The position numbers and the translations under genes are program-made. DNA of 62,504 nucleotides from Ginglymostoma cirratum (Eukaryota): the NCBI GenBank assembly GCA_024137785.1, contig JAHRHZ010000065.1, forward strand, positions 19,765,350-19,827,853, in the 5' to 3' direction. Below the pieces are notes generated by a model, which saw nothing but the letters and a program-made list of their open reading frames with translations, made no database searches and was not told the DNA's origin. Each line of letters opens with the position of its first letter. Positions within the stretch are counted from its first letter, which is position 1. Positions 38,221 through 50,556 of the stretch are shown here, piece after piece.

Positions 38221-40819
38221 TAGATTAGATTAGCTCCACTCTAGCGGGATCCTTCACGGTTATGGGTGAAGTGTTGCAGTGAGGAAGAGTAACCAGTGAG
38301 ATCACATTCCTGCTTGACCTCAGTTTGCATTCATATTCTGTCTATTGTGGGTTTGTTGAAAGGATTATGACTTGTATGTAGTTGTGCAGCTGGCAGTGTG
38401 TGAAAACTGTGAGTGTGAGACTTGTAGCAGCGCAAAATGTGTGAGGCTGAGGTGAAGTTATGAATGTTAGGTATGATCCTAAGTGATAGAGCGTGATGGT
38501 AGGTGGTATGACTTGTGCAAATGTAATGCTAAATGCTAGCTGTGCAGTTGGCAGGATATGTCATATGTGTGGACCAATTTTGACCACTCACTTTAGGTCA
38601 TTGTCGTTCCTGTGACACTGCATCCAGATCCTTGAGATGTGACGCTTTGCAATAGCTGCTACAATATTTTTCTTCTTTCCTGGGATATGGGCAACAATGG
38701 AAAGACCAGCATTTGTTGTTCATCCTTAATTGCCTTAACCTGAATGGCTGGCTCAGCCATTTGAAATCAAGCAGATTGCTGGGACCTGGAGTCACCTGCA
38801 GTCCAGATCGGATTAGGAAGACAGGTTTCCTTCCTTACCGTGAACCAGATGGGTTTTTAACCAATAATCATTGTTAGTTTCATAGTTTTCATTCCTGTGA
38901 TTTATATTAATTGAATTAAAATTCCACCAGCTGCAAGGTGGGATTTGAAACCCAGCCCCCAGGGTATTAGAGTTAATATTGTTCAGTTCTGAGAGAGAGT
39001 CAGACTGAAGTGGAAGGGTTAACTCTGTTTCTCTCTCCACAGATGCTGCCAAATTTGCTGAGTTTCTCCAGTCTTCTCTGTATTTGTTTCAGTTTTCTAG
39101 CATCCTTGGTGTCTTGCCTTTATTCCAGTGTTAGTCTGGAGTATAGATACAGGGATGTTACCACTTCACTACCATCTGTGGAATTTATCTGAAGGTCGTT
39201 CTGCCCTATCCCTCATCTGTGGCTTGTGCACAACTCTCCTCATCTTCGTTTCCTTGTGGATCACACCTCTTGTATTCTGGCATTCTGTCTTTTCCTAGGA
39301 CAGAATCTGTTGGGAAATAACTTGCAGCACCTGCCCAGTCATAATTCACCTCCTTTTCGAGCTTTACTTGAGAGTTAAATAGTGCAGGCTAGCTTTAACT
39401 GATGCTGGCCTCAGTTGATATTGGGCTCACTCCTGAGATGGGCAGCCACTGAACAATATGGTTAGCACTGGCTGCACTCTGCAGTCATGCAAATAGTTAA
39501 CGTGAAATTGGCATCTGCTTCCACTGGAATTAAACTGCACAGGTTAATCCAATATCTCCATCTCTTTGCCCAATTTGGAGATGGAGCTGCCAAATTAAGT
39601 CCCCTCTTAGCTTTTCAGCAATTTTCCATGTCTGTTTTGTGGACATTTAAGGTAGTTATTTTTCATTCCTTTCCCAGTTTTCATTACATGCATTGATGAT
39701 CATGGATATGATTACACTTTTACATAACGTGCTAGCTTAGAACCATATTTCATCAACAACAAAAGTTGCTACACCCTTTAGTCATCTGGCTTTACAGATA
39801 ACATTAGTACAGCCCCCATGATGCAAACACTGAACCTAGTAGTCCGTATTGGGAGAATCACTGAGTGTCCTGCAGCCCTTGCACGTTTATTCGCACAGTG
39901 CACTCTTTCTACTTTGACAGTTAATGATCTCCCTCAGACTCAATTCTTTTTATTACAACGTCAACCTTTGCTTCTCCCATCCCTAATATTTAAAACTCTC
40001 TCTCATGCTCCCCTCTCCTAGCATGTGCACCTTATATTTATTCTGATGGATATGATCAATTGGAATAAAAATATTCCTGACATAGTATCTAGTATTTAAT
40101 GGTATGTGGAGAAGGTCACTTCAGTCTTGTTTTCAGTCTTGTTTTTGGCCGTTCAGTAAAAGGGCTGATCCTTTAACTGCATTTTGGGATTTGTTTTGGT
40201 GGCTGTGGCTTTTTTTGGCTTACCAATCACATATATATGTCTGTACTTCATAATTTTGTTAACACGTCCAATCCTTAATGACTATCTTCCAAAAACTATA
40301 GTGCATAGTGAGGTTTGGGTATATCTAATCAACCTGTTGAGGTGAAACATATGTCATTTATGTACATTATTAGTATTTGTTTTCCAGGTTTGGATTTCGA
40401 ACTAGTGGCATATTGGTATTGGTCTATTTTTTTGTGAAGGGGTTTAAAAATTAGTTAGGTCAGTCTTTTGGGAAGTATGATTTTAATACTGTCTGTTCCT
40501 CCCGAATTGTTAAACAAAGTTAATTTATATTTTGGGGTTTTACTACAGCAGAGAATAAACATTGAAATAAATCAGCCTACTTTCAGATTTAGAATAATTA
40601 AGGATTGATTTTAGCTTAGAAAAACCCAGAGATTGTAAAGCTTTTGCAGATCTTGAAGGAGGTCTGACTGAAGTCAGATGCAAGTAGTTTCTCTCAGAAA
40701 TAGTAGATTGTTCAGAATAGTTAGGGATATAAGTTACCTCAGAGGAAAGTATTAGTCTATGAAACATTCAGACCGAGGAATACTTGCTTAGAAATCTGCA
40801 TTAGTTATCCAAAGCTAAG

Positions 40820-41051
40820 TGTAAGTGATTGTAACAAGGTCAGCCAGATGGACTTCATAGAACATGAGCTCCTCAATTGGAGCTATTAATCCACTCAGGG
40901 AGTCCCGGCTGACAGATAAGAACTGGAGTGTCAGACATCCTGTTTAATCTGAGAGCTGGCTCTGTCGGAGCTGGATTAGGGTCAAAGACTCTCCCATGTA
41001 CATAAAGCGTGACTTGGTGAGGGACCTGCCAGCCTCTGCGGAGTTATTTCA
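40820..41051 (+). repeat. 5' LTR of Gypsy element
   Basis: TGtaagtgattgtaac...gagttatttCA; aligns with 44843-45071 and 3579-3798. Confidence 0.9.
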
Positions 41052-44000
41052 CCAAGGTCTGGGCAAATGGCACTGGGGGAGATGAAAAGCAACGAGTAAT
41101 TCTTCTGAAAGCTTGTGGACCCGCAGCTTTTTCAGTTGTTAGGAGCCTTACTTTGCCTGAGGCACCAGATACTGAAAAGTTTTAAGAGTTGACAGATTTA
41201 GTTAAGGACTATTACAATCCCAAACCTCCTCGAATTGTCAGACACTATCGTTTTAGTCAGCGATTTGAGAACCAAAGAATCTGTATTGGGATTTTTGACT
41301 AGTTTAAGGCAACCGACAGAGACATGTGACTTTGGTTTAAACCTTAATGAGATGCTGAGAAACCATTTGGTGTGTGGGATTAATGATGTAACCATGTAAA
41401 AGCATCTACTAGTTGTAGCCCAAATGGACTTCAAACAGACACTACAACTGGCCTTATCATTGGAAAATGCAGCAAGTGGAACATATGAGTTGCAGGGTAT
41501 TCTGATGGAAGTGGACACCCTCATCGACTAAGCTTGGCCACTTCAGTGAAGGCAATTGCATAGCGTCACTCAAGACATATCTTGAACAGACGGACTTTAG
41601 GTCAGCCCACAGCAAAATTGCAAAACAAAGCCAAGCCTCGGCCAAATGGTCAAATATTTCTTCAGGATTCAGGCCGGCAAGCCATTGCAGCTGCTGCCAG
41701 TATGCAGACTTGAGACTGCAGAAGAGTCCCACTAAACTTAAGTGAAGTAAGAGAACTGATCAGCTGGTATCCAGGACAGTGCGCACCCTGGAAAGTCCAC
41801 TTACATCTGGTTTGGAACAGTTACATTGCTTGGCAACATTCAAATCAGAACCAATCAAAATAAACGTCTGGGTAAATGGTCACCTGGTTCTAATGGAGGT
41901 CAATGACAGTGCAGCAGTCTCAGTGACTGCAGAACGGGCCTTTAACAAAATTCATCCTGGACTCCAACCTTTAAATTTGTGCAAGGCCTCGGCTAGACTG
42001 AGAGCCTACACCGGGGAACCTTTACAGGCTAAGGGTACAACTTTGGGTCTCGTGTGTGAGAAGCAGCTGGTTCAGTTGCCACTGATTGTAGTAAAAGGCT
42101 CAGGCCCAAGCCTGATGGGGAGGAATTCGGTGAGAAAGATTCACCTTGATTGGTTCAATGTTTTTCGATTAGAAAATGGCTGCCTGAGTGAAGTCCTAAT
42201 TAAATAGGAACTTTTTTCAGGAGGGTCTAGGGACTATCACAGGATCCGAGGCCACTTTGCATGTTGACCAGGAAGCAATTCCACGATTCTGCAGGGCCCA
42301 CCCAGTGCCATTTGCCTAAAGTGTAAAAGTAGAAGCAGAAATCAGAAGGCTGGAAAGTGAAGGAATCATCAAATTGGTCCAGTTTGAACAACGGGCAGCA
42401 CTGGTCGAATCGATTGTGGAGCCCAATAGGTCAGTTTGGATTGTGGGGATTTTAAACAAAAGGGCAAACCACTCCTTGCAGCTGGATAAATACCAAATCA
42501 CTCGCACAGAGGATTAATGCATAAATCTGGGAGGGGAGCTGTCCTTCACGAAGCTGGACATGAACCACGCGTACTTGCAGTTGTGGTTAGGTGACGATTC
42601 CCAGAAGAATGTAGGAGACTATAATTTAGGGTATCATCAGTTTGTGCACTTTTTCAGCTTCAATGGAGAACATTTTACAAGGCATAACCCAGATTGCCAC
42701 TTATCTGGATGACGTGCTAATAACAAGGAAGATTGATAAGGGGCATTTAGAGAACTTCGACATAGTCCTTAAACGTTTCGCCCAGGTGAAGCTTAGGTCT
42801 TTCCTTGACGGGTGACTTATTATGGAAAGTTCATACATAACGTGGGGGCCTCCATCCTGGCATCTTTGCATCAACTCTAAAAAGAAGGGTCAGCCTTGAA
42901 AATGGTTGCCAAGCCATAGCTTTTAGGGAAATGAAGAAACAACTATCATCCTCAATGGTGTTGGTACATTGTGATCCCAAGCAAGATCTGGTATTGACAT
43001 GTGATGCCTCCTGATATGGCATCAGGGAAGTATTGGTTCATAGATGGCCCAATGGAGAAGAATGCCCAATCGCATATGCATCCAGGATTTCAGCTAATGA
43101 AGAACGTGAATACACCCAGATAGAGAAGGAAGGTTTGGCCATCATACTTGGAATCAGGAAGTTCCACCAATACTTTTATGGACGTAAATTCATAATAATA
43201 ATGGATCACAAACTCCTGCTATTTCTGCTTAAAGAGGATAGAGCAATGCCGCCCATAGTTTCAGGATGATTTCAGTGGTGAGCTCTAATAATAAACACAT
43301 ACAATTACAAGTTGGAATACAGTCCAGGAGGCCAAGTAGCAAATGCAGGTGCATTGAGCCCCCTCCGCTGGCAGATACCCCACTGGTGGTACAGCCACTT
43401 GAAGAATCCATTATGGTTTTAAATTTTATGGATGCATTTCGAGTCACAGCTGACAATATCAGACTGTGGTCACAGAAAGATCTAGTCTTGGCAAAACTGA
43501 AACAGCTGGTGGTGATGGGAGAAACCAAAACGCTGTCATTACGAGAATTGAAATCTTTTTGCACTGCAGAGACCAGATCACAACAGATGATGGGCATTTT
43601 AGTATGGGGTGATATGGGCGAGAGTGATTGTCCTGAGCAAAAGTCTCTGCCATGTACTGGCTGAACTCCACTGGGGTCATCCAGGGGTGTCCAAAATGAA
43701 GATGTTGCTGAAACGTTATGTCTGGTGGCCAGGATTTGGATGCAGACATAGCCATGTTTGTGGTGCAAGCTGCCGACAAGAACAAAAATTACCACCAGTA
43801 GCTCTCCCACATTTGTGGGAATGGCCAGGTAAACCCTGGACTCAGTTACATGTTGACTATGTCGGCCCTTTCATGAGCTCAATATTCTTAGTCATCAAAA
43901 TGTCCGGACGTGCGTAGAGTTCATTTGTCAAACATGGAGACGATGATAGAAAAGCTGCGCGTATCTTTTGTAATACACAGACTCACGGACGTGTTGGTCA

Positions 44001-44842
44001 CAGATAACAGGCCATCCTTTACCAGCAGGAAAGTTGAGTATTTCCTAAAGTCAAATGGTATTCAACATATAGGGACAGCTCCATTACTATCCATCATCCA
44101 ATGCTCTGGCAGAAAGGGCAGTCTAAACTTTGAAGGCAAACTTAAAGAAACAGCCTACAGCTTCACTAGATACCAAAGTGTCTCAGTTCCTACTTGACAA
44201 TAGGACCACCCCTCATGCAACTGCGGGGATAGTTCCAGCATTGTTATTGGAGAGAAGACTCTGCACCAGGTTAAATCTGATTTTCCTGGACCTGAGACAG
44301 GGGAAGGGTGAAACAGCATCAGGGATGCCAATGCCGGACACAAGACTCTGCTAAATGACAGAGAGAGTTTACTTAAGGGGATGAAGTGTGGTGTAGGAAT
44401 GAGGAGAACAGCCCTGCATGGGTAAGAGGCATGGTCAGTGCAAGGTGAGTGACATATAAAGTTCGGGTAGGTGCGACAGTCCTGAACAAGCATGTGGACC
44501 ATATGAAAGCTGCAAACGGTGCGGGAATATAACGTGTCGGCTCCTCAACAGCTTTTCCAACCGCTCTGGAATTTGTGGATTCTCCCTGTCTGTCAAGCAT
44601 TGAAGAAACTTTGGAATCTGAGATGGACATGGCAGTTATTACTGTCTTTGACGCCTTTGCCACCTGAAGAAGGGAATTAATTTTTTCTGAGATACTGTGG
44701 GTGCAAGATGCGAGCTACTGTGCATGACACGCTGCCCATATCGGAGGCAGAGATGGAGAAATCGGACCCAGTGCTACAACATCCCAGGAGGAACTACAAA
44801 ATTAAGAATTGGCCTATGTCCTCAGACTCAGAGGGGGAGGGA

Positions 44843-45071
44843 TGTAGTGATTGTAACGAGGATATGATTAACAAGGAATATGAATTTCCTGGTTGGGGTG
44901 TTAATCTGGTCCACTCAGGGAGCCCTGGCTGACAGATATGAACGGGAGTGTCAGACATCCCCTTCACTCTGAGAGCTGGCTCTGACGGAGCTAGATCAGT
45001 GTCAAGGGCTCTCCACATGCAAATAAAGGGTGACTTGGTGACGGGATAGCGGCCTCAGTGGAGTTATTTAA
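44843..45071 (+). repeat. 3' LTR of Gypsy element
   Basis: Starts TGtagtgattgtaac directly after the PPT; ends gagttatttaa followed by the TSD. Confidence 0.9.
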
Positions 45072-45885
45072 CTAAGGTCTCAGCTGTGTGAGGATTCCTG
45101 GAAAAGATTCACAGCTCACATGACGGGAACTGAGGGAAAAAAGCAGTTGCCAAATGTACAGATTTGATCAGGAAGGGAAGTTTCTCTGGTTTTGAGTAAC
45201 TGTGAAATGGTGGTGTTGGGGAGTAGATGTAATTTTCTTTCGTCCCATGTTTTGAAACCTTCCAACTCCGTTATGTCCAGATAGTTTTCTTTGTTTTATT
45301 GTACTTATTTTTCTTATGCATAATAAAATTCTGTATTATTGTTAAAATCAAATCTGTAATCCTGTGTGTTTGAGTTTCAGTGAAGACCGCAAAGGTTAAA
45401 AAGAAACAAAATAATCTATCAAGCCTGATCTCATTCTGGAATCTAATTTGTCTAGTAGTAACATCAGTTGGGATCATATTAAAGTCAATGTAATAGAATT
45501 CTATAAAGTCGGCTTATGTAGGTTGTGATCTGTGGTGCCTTCATCATGATATGAAGTGCACTTTTAAATATATCTATATAGAGTTAATCAAATGCTAAAT
45601 ATGTTCGTATGTAAGGTATGATAGGTTAGAGTCATAGAGTCACAGAGATATACAGCACCTCAAAAGTGTTTCATTGGCTGTAGAGCAGTTTGAACTGTAT
45701 AGTGATTTTGAAAAGTATGATAAGAATGAAAATCTTTTTTCATATAAATTTCCAACTACTGATAACTTTTAGTTGAAAAGAAAACCTGGCAGAATATAAC
45801 GAAACCCAATGATCTTCATTGGACCATGTGATGGAAAAGATATATTTCAAGAGATTTTTAATAAAACATTATTTATTATCCTCAG

Positions 45886-46018
45886 ACGTAGAGTGCTTGG
45901 ATTATCAAGTGGAATTGACCACATTGGAAGCGTACGATGGGAACTGGCTCTTTGTCTTCTTGCTGCTTGGATTATCTGTTATTTCTGCATTTGGAAGGGA
46001 CCAAAGTCCACTGGAAAG
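45886..46018 (+). CDS. slc6a11: GAT-3 coding exon 5 (133 bp)
   Basis: Acceptor ctcAG; encodes [44 protein letters not shown]; donor AAG|GTGAG. Phase matches exon 4 across a 21.4-kb intron. Confidence 0.95.
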
Positions 46019-47919
46019 GTGAGCTGAGATCTATTAACTTATAATTCACACTTGAAACGATTGAAACATTAATGGCACATATATAGTTTCCTCAGTAAAA
46101 CCCAGTTGCTTCCTTCCAAGCGATAATATTGAATGTGTCTTGATATCGCTAGTATTTAATTGTGCTTCTACCTCATTGTTGTCATTAATTCAGTAGATTA
46201 GAGTAATTTATTTGTCAAAGCCAATCACACCAATACCACAATTAAAATAGCTTTCTTGTCTTCCAAAAGAAACTAGCCCTGGCATACATGGAAATAAATT
46301 GTCATTGGCTTATGTTATAGGACCCTTTCATATTTTTAATATTTTATCATTGTTAGTGTAGATCTGAAGAAAGCAAGTCTGTAATATATAATGAAATTGT
46401 ATACGGGCTTCTTATTGAATTGCCTCTTTCACATGCTTAATGTTGTTGTAGCATTTGATAAATCAATCCCTCTTAGCCAACACTTTTGTACCTAACATCT
46501 TTAGCCGAAGAGGAAGAATTGTCAGAGATACACGTTCATTCATGACTATGGTAAATACCATTCAGATTTTCGTCATAAGACCATTCATTTGTCACTTGCT
46601 GTTTTCTCTGGTGGCCCAACTAATCACGGTAAATCTTGCTTATTGAAAGCAGGCACATGTGAATACAAGCCAAAACTGAAATGTTATCTCCTCACTCTCT
46701 GGTTTCTTAACTTCTAAATTTAAACTGCAACCATGCATGACCACAAGTAATTCTATTTACAAACCTTGTTACAGTGTATATAAATTAATTAAAAACTGAA
46801 GTTAGAAAGCTGATGTCAAACGATAGTGACAAAACATATTAATGAATTTGCAGACCATATTTCTGCTGATGCAGAAAACATGGAACAGTGTTGTGATCAA
46901 AATCTTTTGCGATACGAGTAGTGAATTAAATAGTAGTCTATCCTAATGTAATTTACTGTAGTAAATGTTTGCACCTATACTTTTTTTACTTGACCAAAAC
47001 TTCTCTGGTGAGACTTTTGGAAATGCCTTAACTTGACGACAAAACACAATGCGACAAGTTTATAAGCAGCAGTATAGTAACCCTGGTTTATCCCAGTCCT
47101 CCTTTAGTGTTTAGAAGTACAGTCTGGAATATAGCTCTTCCAGGTGCCGCAATAACTTGTTTAGTTACGGTAAAGAACGTGAATTAATTTTTTTTGAGGT
47201 TTCTCTACAAGTAACAGTTTGTAGTAAGATTCACAGCAAATTGATATTTGTAGTAAAATCATGACAAATGTGATTTGGGTTGCCTTTATGAATGCAAACT
47301 AAACTGATGTATCAGTGATCATAACCTGGCATGCCACTGTATTTGTGACCATTTGTTGCGTTGTTTCCAATTCAAGGAATTACAAATAATGAATTTCACA
47401 AGTATTAATCTCCTTCCTTCTAATACCAGACAAGATCCTGACTGTGGTTCATTCGACATATTGTCAGGCCAGGAGGGTTGATTGGCTTCCCTCTTTTTAA
47501 CCCCCTCTCAAGTTGATTGCAACAAATATTTTTACTTCTTAACAATTCAATTAAGCTTAGTTAACTCAGTCAAAAATGAAAGCAAGGCAATTCCAAAGTT
47601 TCTTTGAGAGAATGAGTGGAGTTTTATTACTAAGCAAAATTTAAAAAATAGAAAAAGTAAAGAAAATATAAAATAACACTAAGAAAATGTGATGTTAATA
47701 ATGTGTTTGCAAAGTTGGGTGGGTGCTTGTGGATGTCAAGTACAGACAGGAAGATAAAGCAGTTGCAGTTTAGAATTTTTCACTTGAATGTGTCAAATCT
47801 GAGTCTCAGCTGCTGTTGACCTGGTACATCAGCAAAGGTAATGTTTGTAGGTAGCCTAAGCTCTCAGTGAAGGCTGTTGTTCCATTTGTTTTTTTAAGGA
47901 GGTATTGATTTCTTATCTT

Positions 47920-47955
47920 GAGAGGGAGAGAGAGAGAGAGAGACAGAGAGAGAGA
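47920..47955 (+). repeat. (GA)n microsatellite, imperfect
   Basis: Seen directly. Confidence 0.85.
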
Positions 47956-50191
47956 CTGGCAGAGAAAGTGTCTTCAATTCTTGCTTACAAATGGATTTTT
48001 CCTACCTGCAGCTTAGAAGTAGCTGTTGATAAAGGTCCATTTGTACACTTCTGAGTCTACACATTGTTTTTCCGAATACTCCACAAAAAATCTATCATCT
48101 CAGTGTGTAAATTTGAATCAACCAGTTCCAGTGCCTATTTATTACAATGTTAATTTTGGCTCAGACTGATGTTTGCTGAGTTGTTTCATGAGCTTGTCTC
48201 AACCTAGTCAGGTAATCACAACAGCTATTTCAAATGAGCATGTGTCCTTTTTTTGTCTATAGAAATCTCAAGTCTTAACAGCAAATGAATGAAGTTGAAT
48301 ATTGATAGTCCATTTTCAGTACAATTTGAGTCCACTGGACTTCTTACTTTCAGTGATAATTAACCCTTGTTTCCGGAAAAAAACGCCTGTAATGTGGCTA
48401 ATAACCGTGCTGTATTTACTCTTAAAAGAACTGTTTCAATGAACATTCAAAGTCATATTAATTGCATCTATCAGTACCACATACACAATCATGACAGAAA
48501 TGTCACTTTGAAGTCTTTAATGGACAAGTTTTAAAATTAAAAATATGCTGTTGTAAACGAGTTTGAGAAATGAACTCAAGCCATAGACTCCTTCTACCTT
48601 TGCATTTTGTGCACTTTCCCTCACATTAGAAGAGGCCTGACTTACACTGATGCCAGCAGCTTAGATTCTGTCATTGGTTGCGCTCAGAAGGGTTTTCAAA
48701 AGCACACTATAATGAGCCTAATGGATTCAATGAGGCATAAAGGAACACTGGACAAAGGAAAAGAGATGTGTGAAATAAAAGGAATGAGCTACATTGTGAT
48801 GACCTAGGAAAAGGAGCTAGGCAGCAATGATTATATCTCCTGAAGTGTCTTTTGTTTCAGTCTGCAGTAGTAGCAAAGAATGGTCCTTCACGGAGAGGCA
48901 TTAATAGTAGGGCAAAGATTGATCTCTGTATTCACAGGGGGGAAGAAGAACATTCATGAGATGCATGCAGAGTTTCTGCACTCCAACCACCCCTGTGTGG
49001 GGAATTAAAGCAGCCAGTGAAAGATTTTTTTCCTGTTGAGATCTAAGCATTCAAGTCGGCCTCCAGGCTGGTTGCTGCATGTCTTTGTATTTGTGGTTGG
49101 AAAGTTTTTCACATATTTCTCAACTCAGGAATAACGGTAAACCAATACTCAAAAGGCTCAAGCAGTCAACAAAGTCTTGATGAGCATATAATACAGAACA
49201 ATCTGACAGACTCCTAAAAGGAGTTGTAGCAAGAAAAGCAAACGTATATCCAGAGAGAAAAACAAACTTATGGGGCTAGGGGAGAGAGAAGGGAAGCTGG
49301 ATGATTGAGATGACCGACACAGTTAGAAGAGTCCTCCTTTATACTTCAGTTTTCTATCGAAGGTGGGTCTGGCCCACAGCACGACAGTATTTACCGTGGG
49401 AGGGGAAGAAGCTAGGTCTCAAGTCTACTGCAACCAGACAGAGACTGAACTCCATGGTATTGACATCAATCTGATCCACACAGCTATCCAGCTGAGTGTA
49501 TCAACTGGTTCCCTGACTGTCACAACATATATAAACTTCATAGAATCATAGAATCCCTGCAGTGTGGAAGGAGGCCATTCAACCCATCGCGTCTGTGCCG
49601 CCCACCAAAAAGCATCCCACTCAGACCCATGCCCCTAACCCTGTCCCTGTAACCCTGCATTTCCCATGTCTAATCCACCAAACCTACACAGCTTTGGACA
49701 CTATAGACAATTTAGCATGGCCAATCAACTTAACCTGATCATCTTTGGACTTGCATGTTGTAGCCTGGAGCTATGGTAGAGACTCCAATTTCTTTCCATA
49801 ACATGGCTGACCACGAGTCATACCCTAACCACCTGCCATTGATGTATGTTGGAAGGACTCCTGATATGCTGGCAGTGTCTCACAGGTGCTCTTTTATTCC
49901 TCCTGGCAAATGTTTCTACAACAAGGTTATGTTGTAATCACAATGCTGAAGTGTGCATTTGTGGGATGGAGGGAAATCAACAGTGGCTTGAAGTGACTTG
50001 ATCATTATTCAATGAACTCCAGTACCTTTTTCAGATTTTGACATAAATTTTAATTTTATTTTGATGCCATTTTCTAGCGTACCATTAGTATTCAATTTAC
50101 GTGTAATGATGACTGTTCAATTTATGCACTAAGTCTGATTGGATTGTGATAAAACCCACCCAAGAGCACATCATGGCTGATATCCTGTGAT

Positions 50192-50556
50192 GGGGCAGCA
50201 CAGTTGCTCAATGGTTAGCACTTCTGCTTCACAGCACCAGGGACCTGGGTTTAATTCGACCCTCAGGCAGTTGTTTGTGTGGAGTTTGCACATTCTTCCC
50301 TGTGCTTGCTTGGGTTTCCTCTGGGTGCTTCAGTTTTCACCCACAGTCCAAAGATGTGCAGGTTATATGGATTGGCCTGCTAAATTGCCCATAGTGTCCG
50401 GGGATGTGCAGGCTGGGTGGATTAGCCGGGGGAAATGCAGGATTACAGGGATAGGGTAGTGGGGATGGGTCTGGGTGGGGTGCTCTTCTGAGGGGCAGTG
50501 TGGACTTGATGACCTGAATGGCCTGTTTCAACACAGTAGGAGTTCTATGGTTCTGT
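50192..50556 (+). mobile_element. tRNA-derived V-SINE (HE1-like)
   Basis: Full-length copy; a 3'-only antisense copy lies at about 49538-49752. Confidence 0.85.

Larger units (their letters stand above)
40820..45071 (+). mobile_element. Degenerate near full-length Ty3/Gypsy LTR retrotransposon (K02A2.6-like) in intron 4
   Basis: Two ~230-bp LTRs; 5-bp TSD CTAAG (40815-40819, 45072-45076); PPT agagggggaggga 44830-44842. Remnants of gag, protease (MEVNDSAAVSV), RT (YLDD at 42702-42713), RNase H (PIAYASR..EKEGLAI) and integrase (LHWGHPGVSKMK, LHVDYVGPF, LVTDN) in PR-RT-RH-IN order, with many stops and frameshifts. Confidence 0.93.

Noticed and set aside
43229-43810. 193-aa minus-strand ORF
   Set aside because: Antisense to decayed Gypsy pol; no independent coding signal.
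47443-48496. Possible solo LTR (TG...CA, GA tract)
   Set aside because: No TSD and no second copy in the window.
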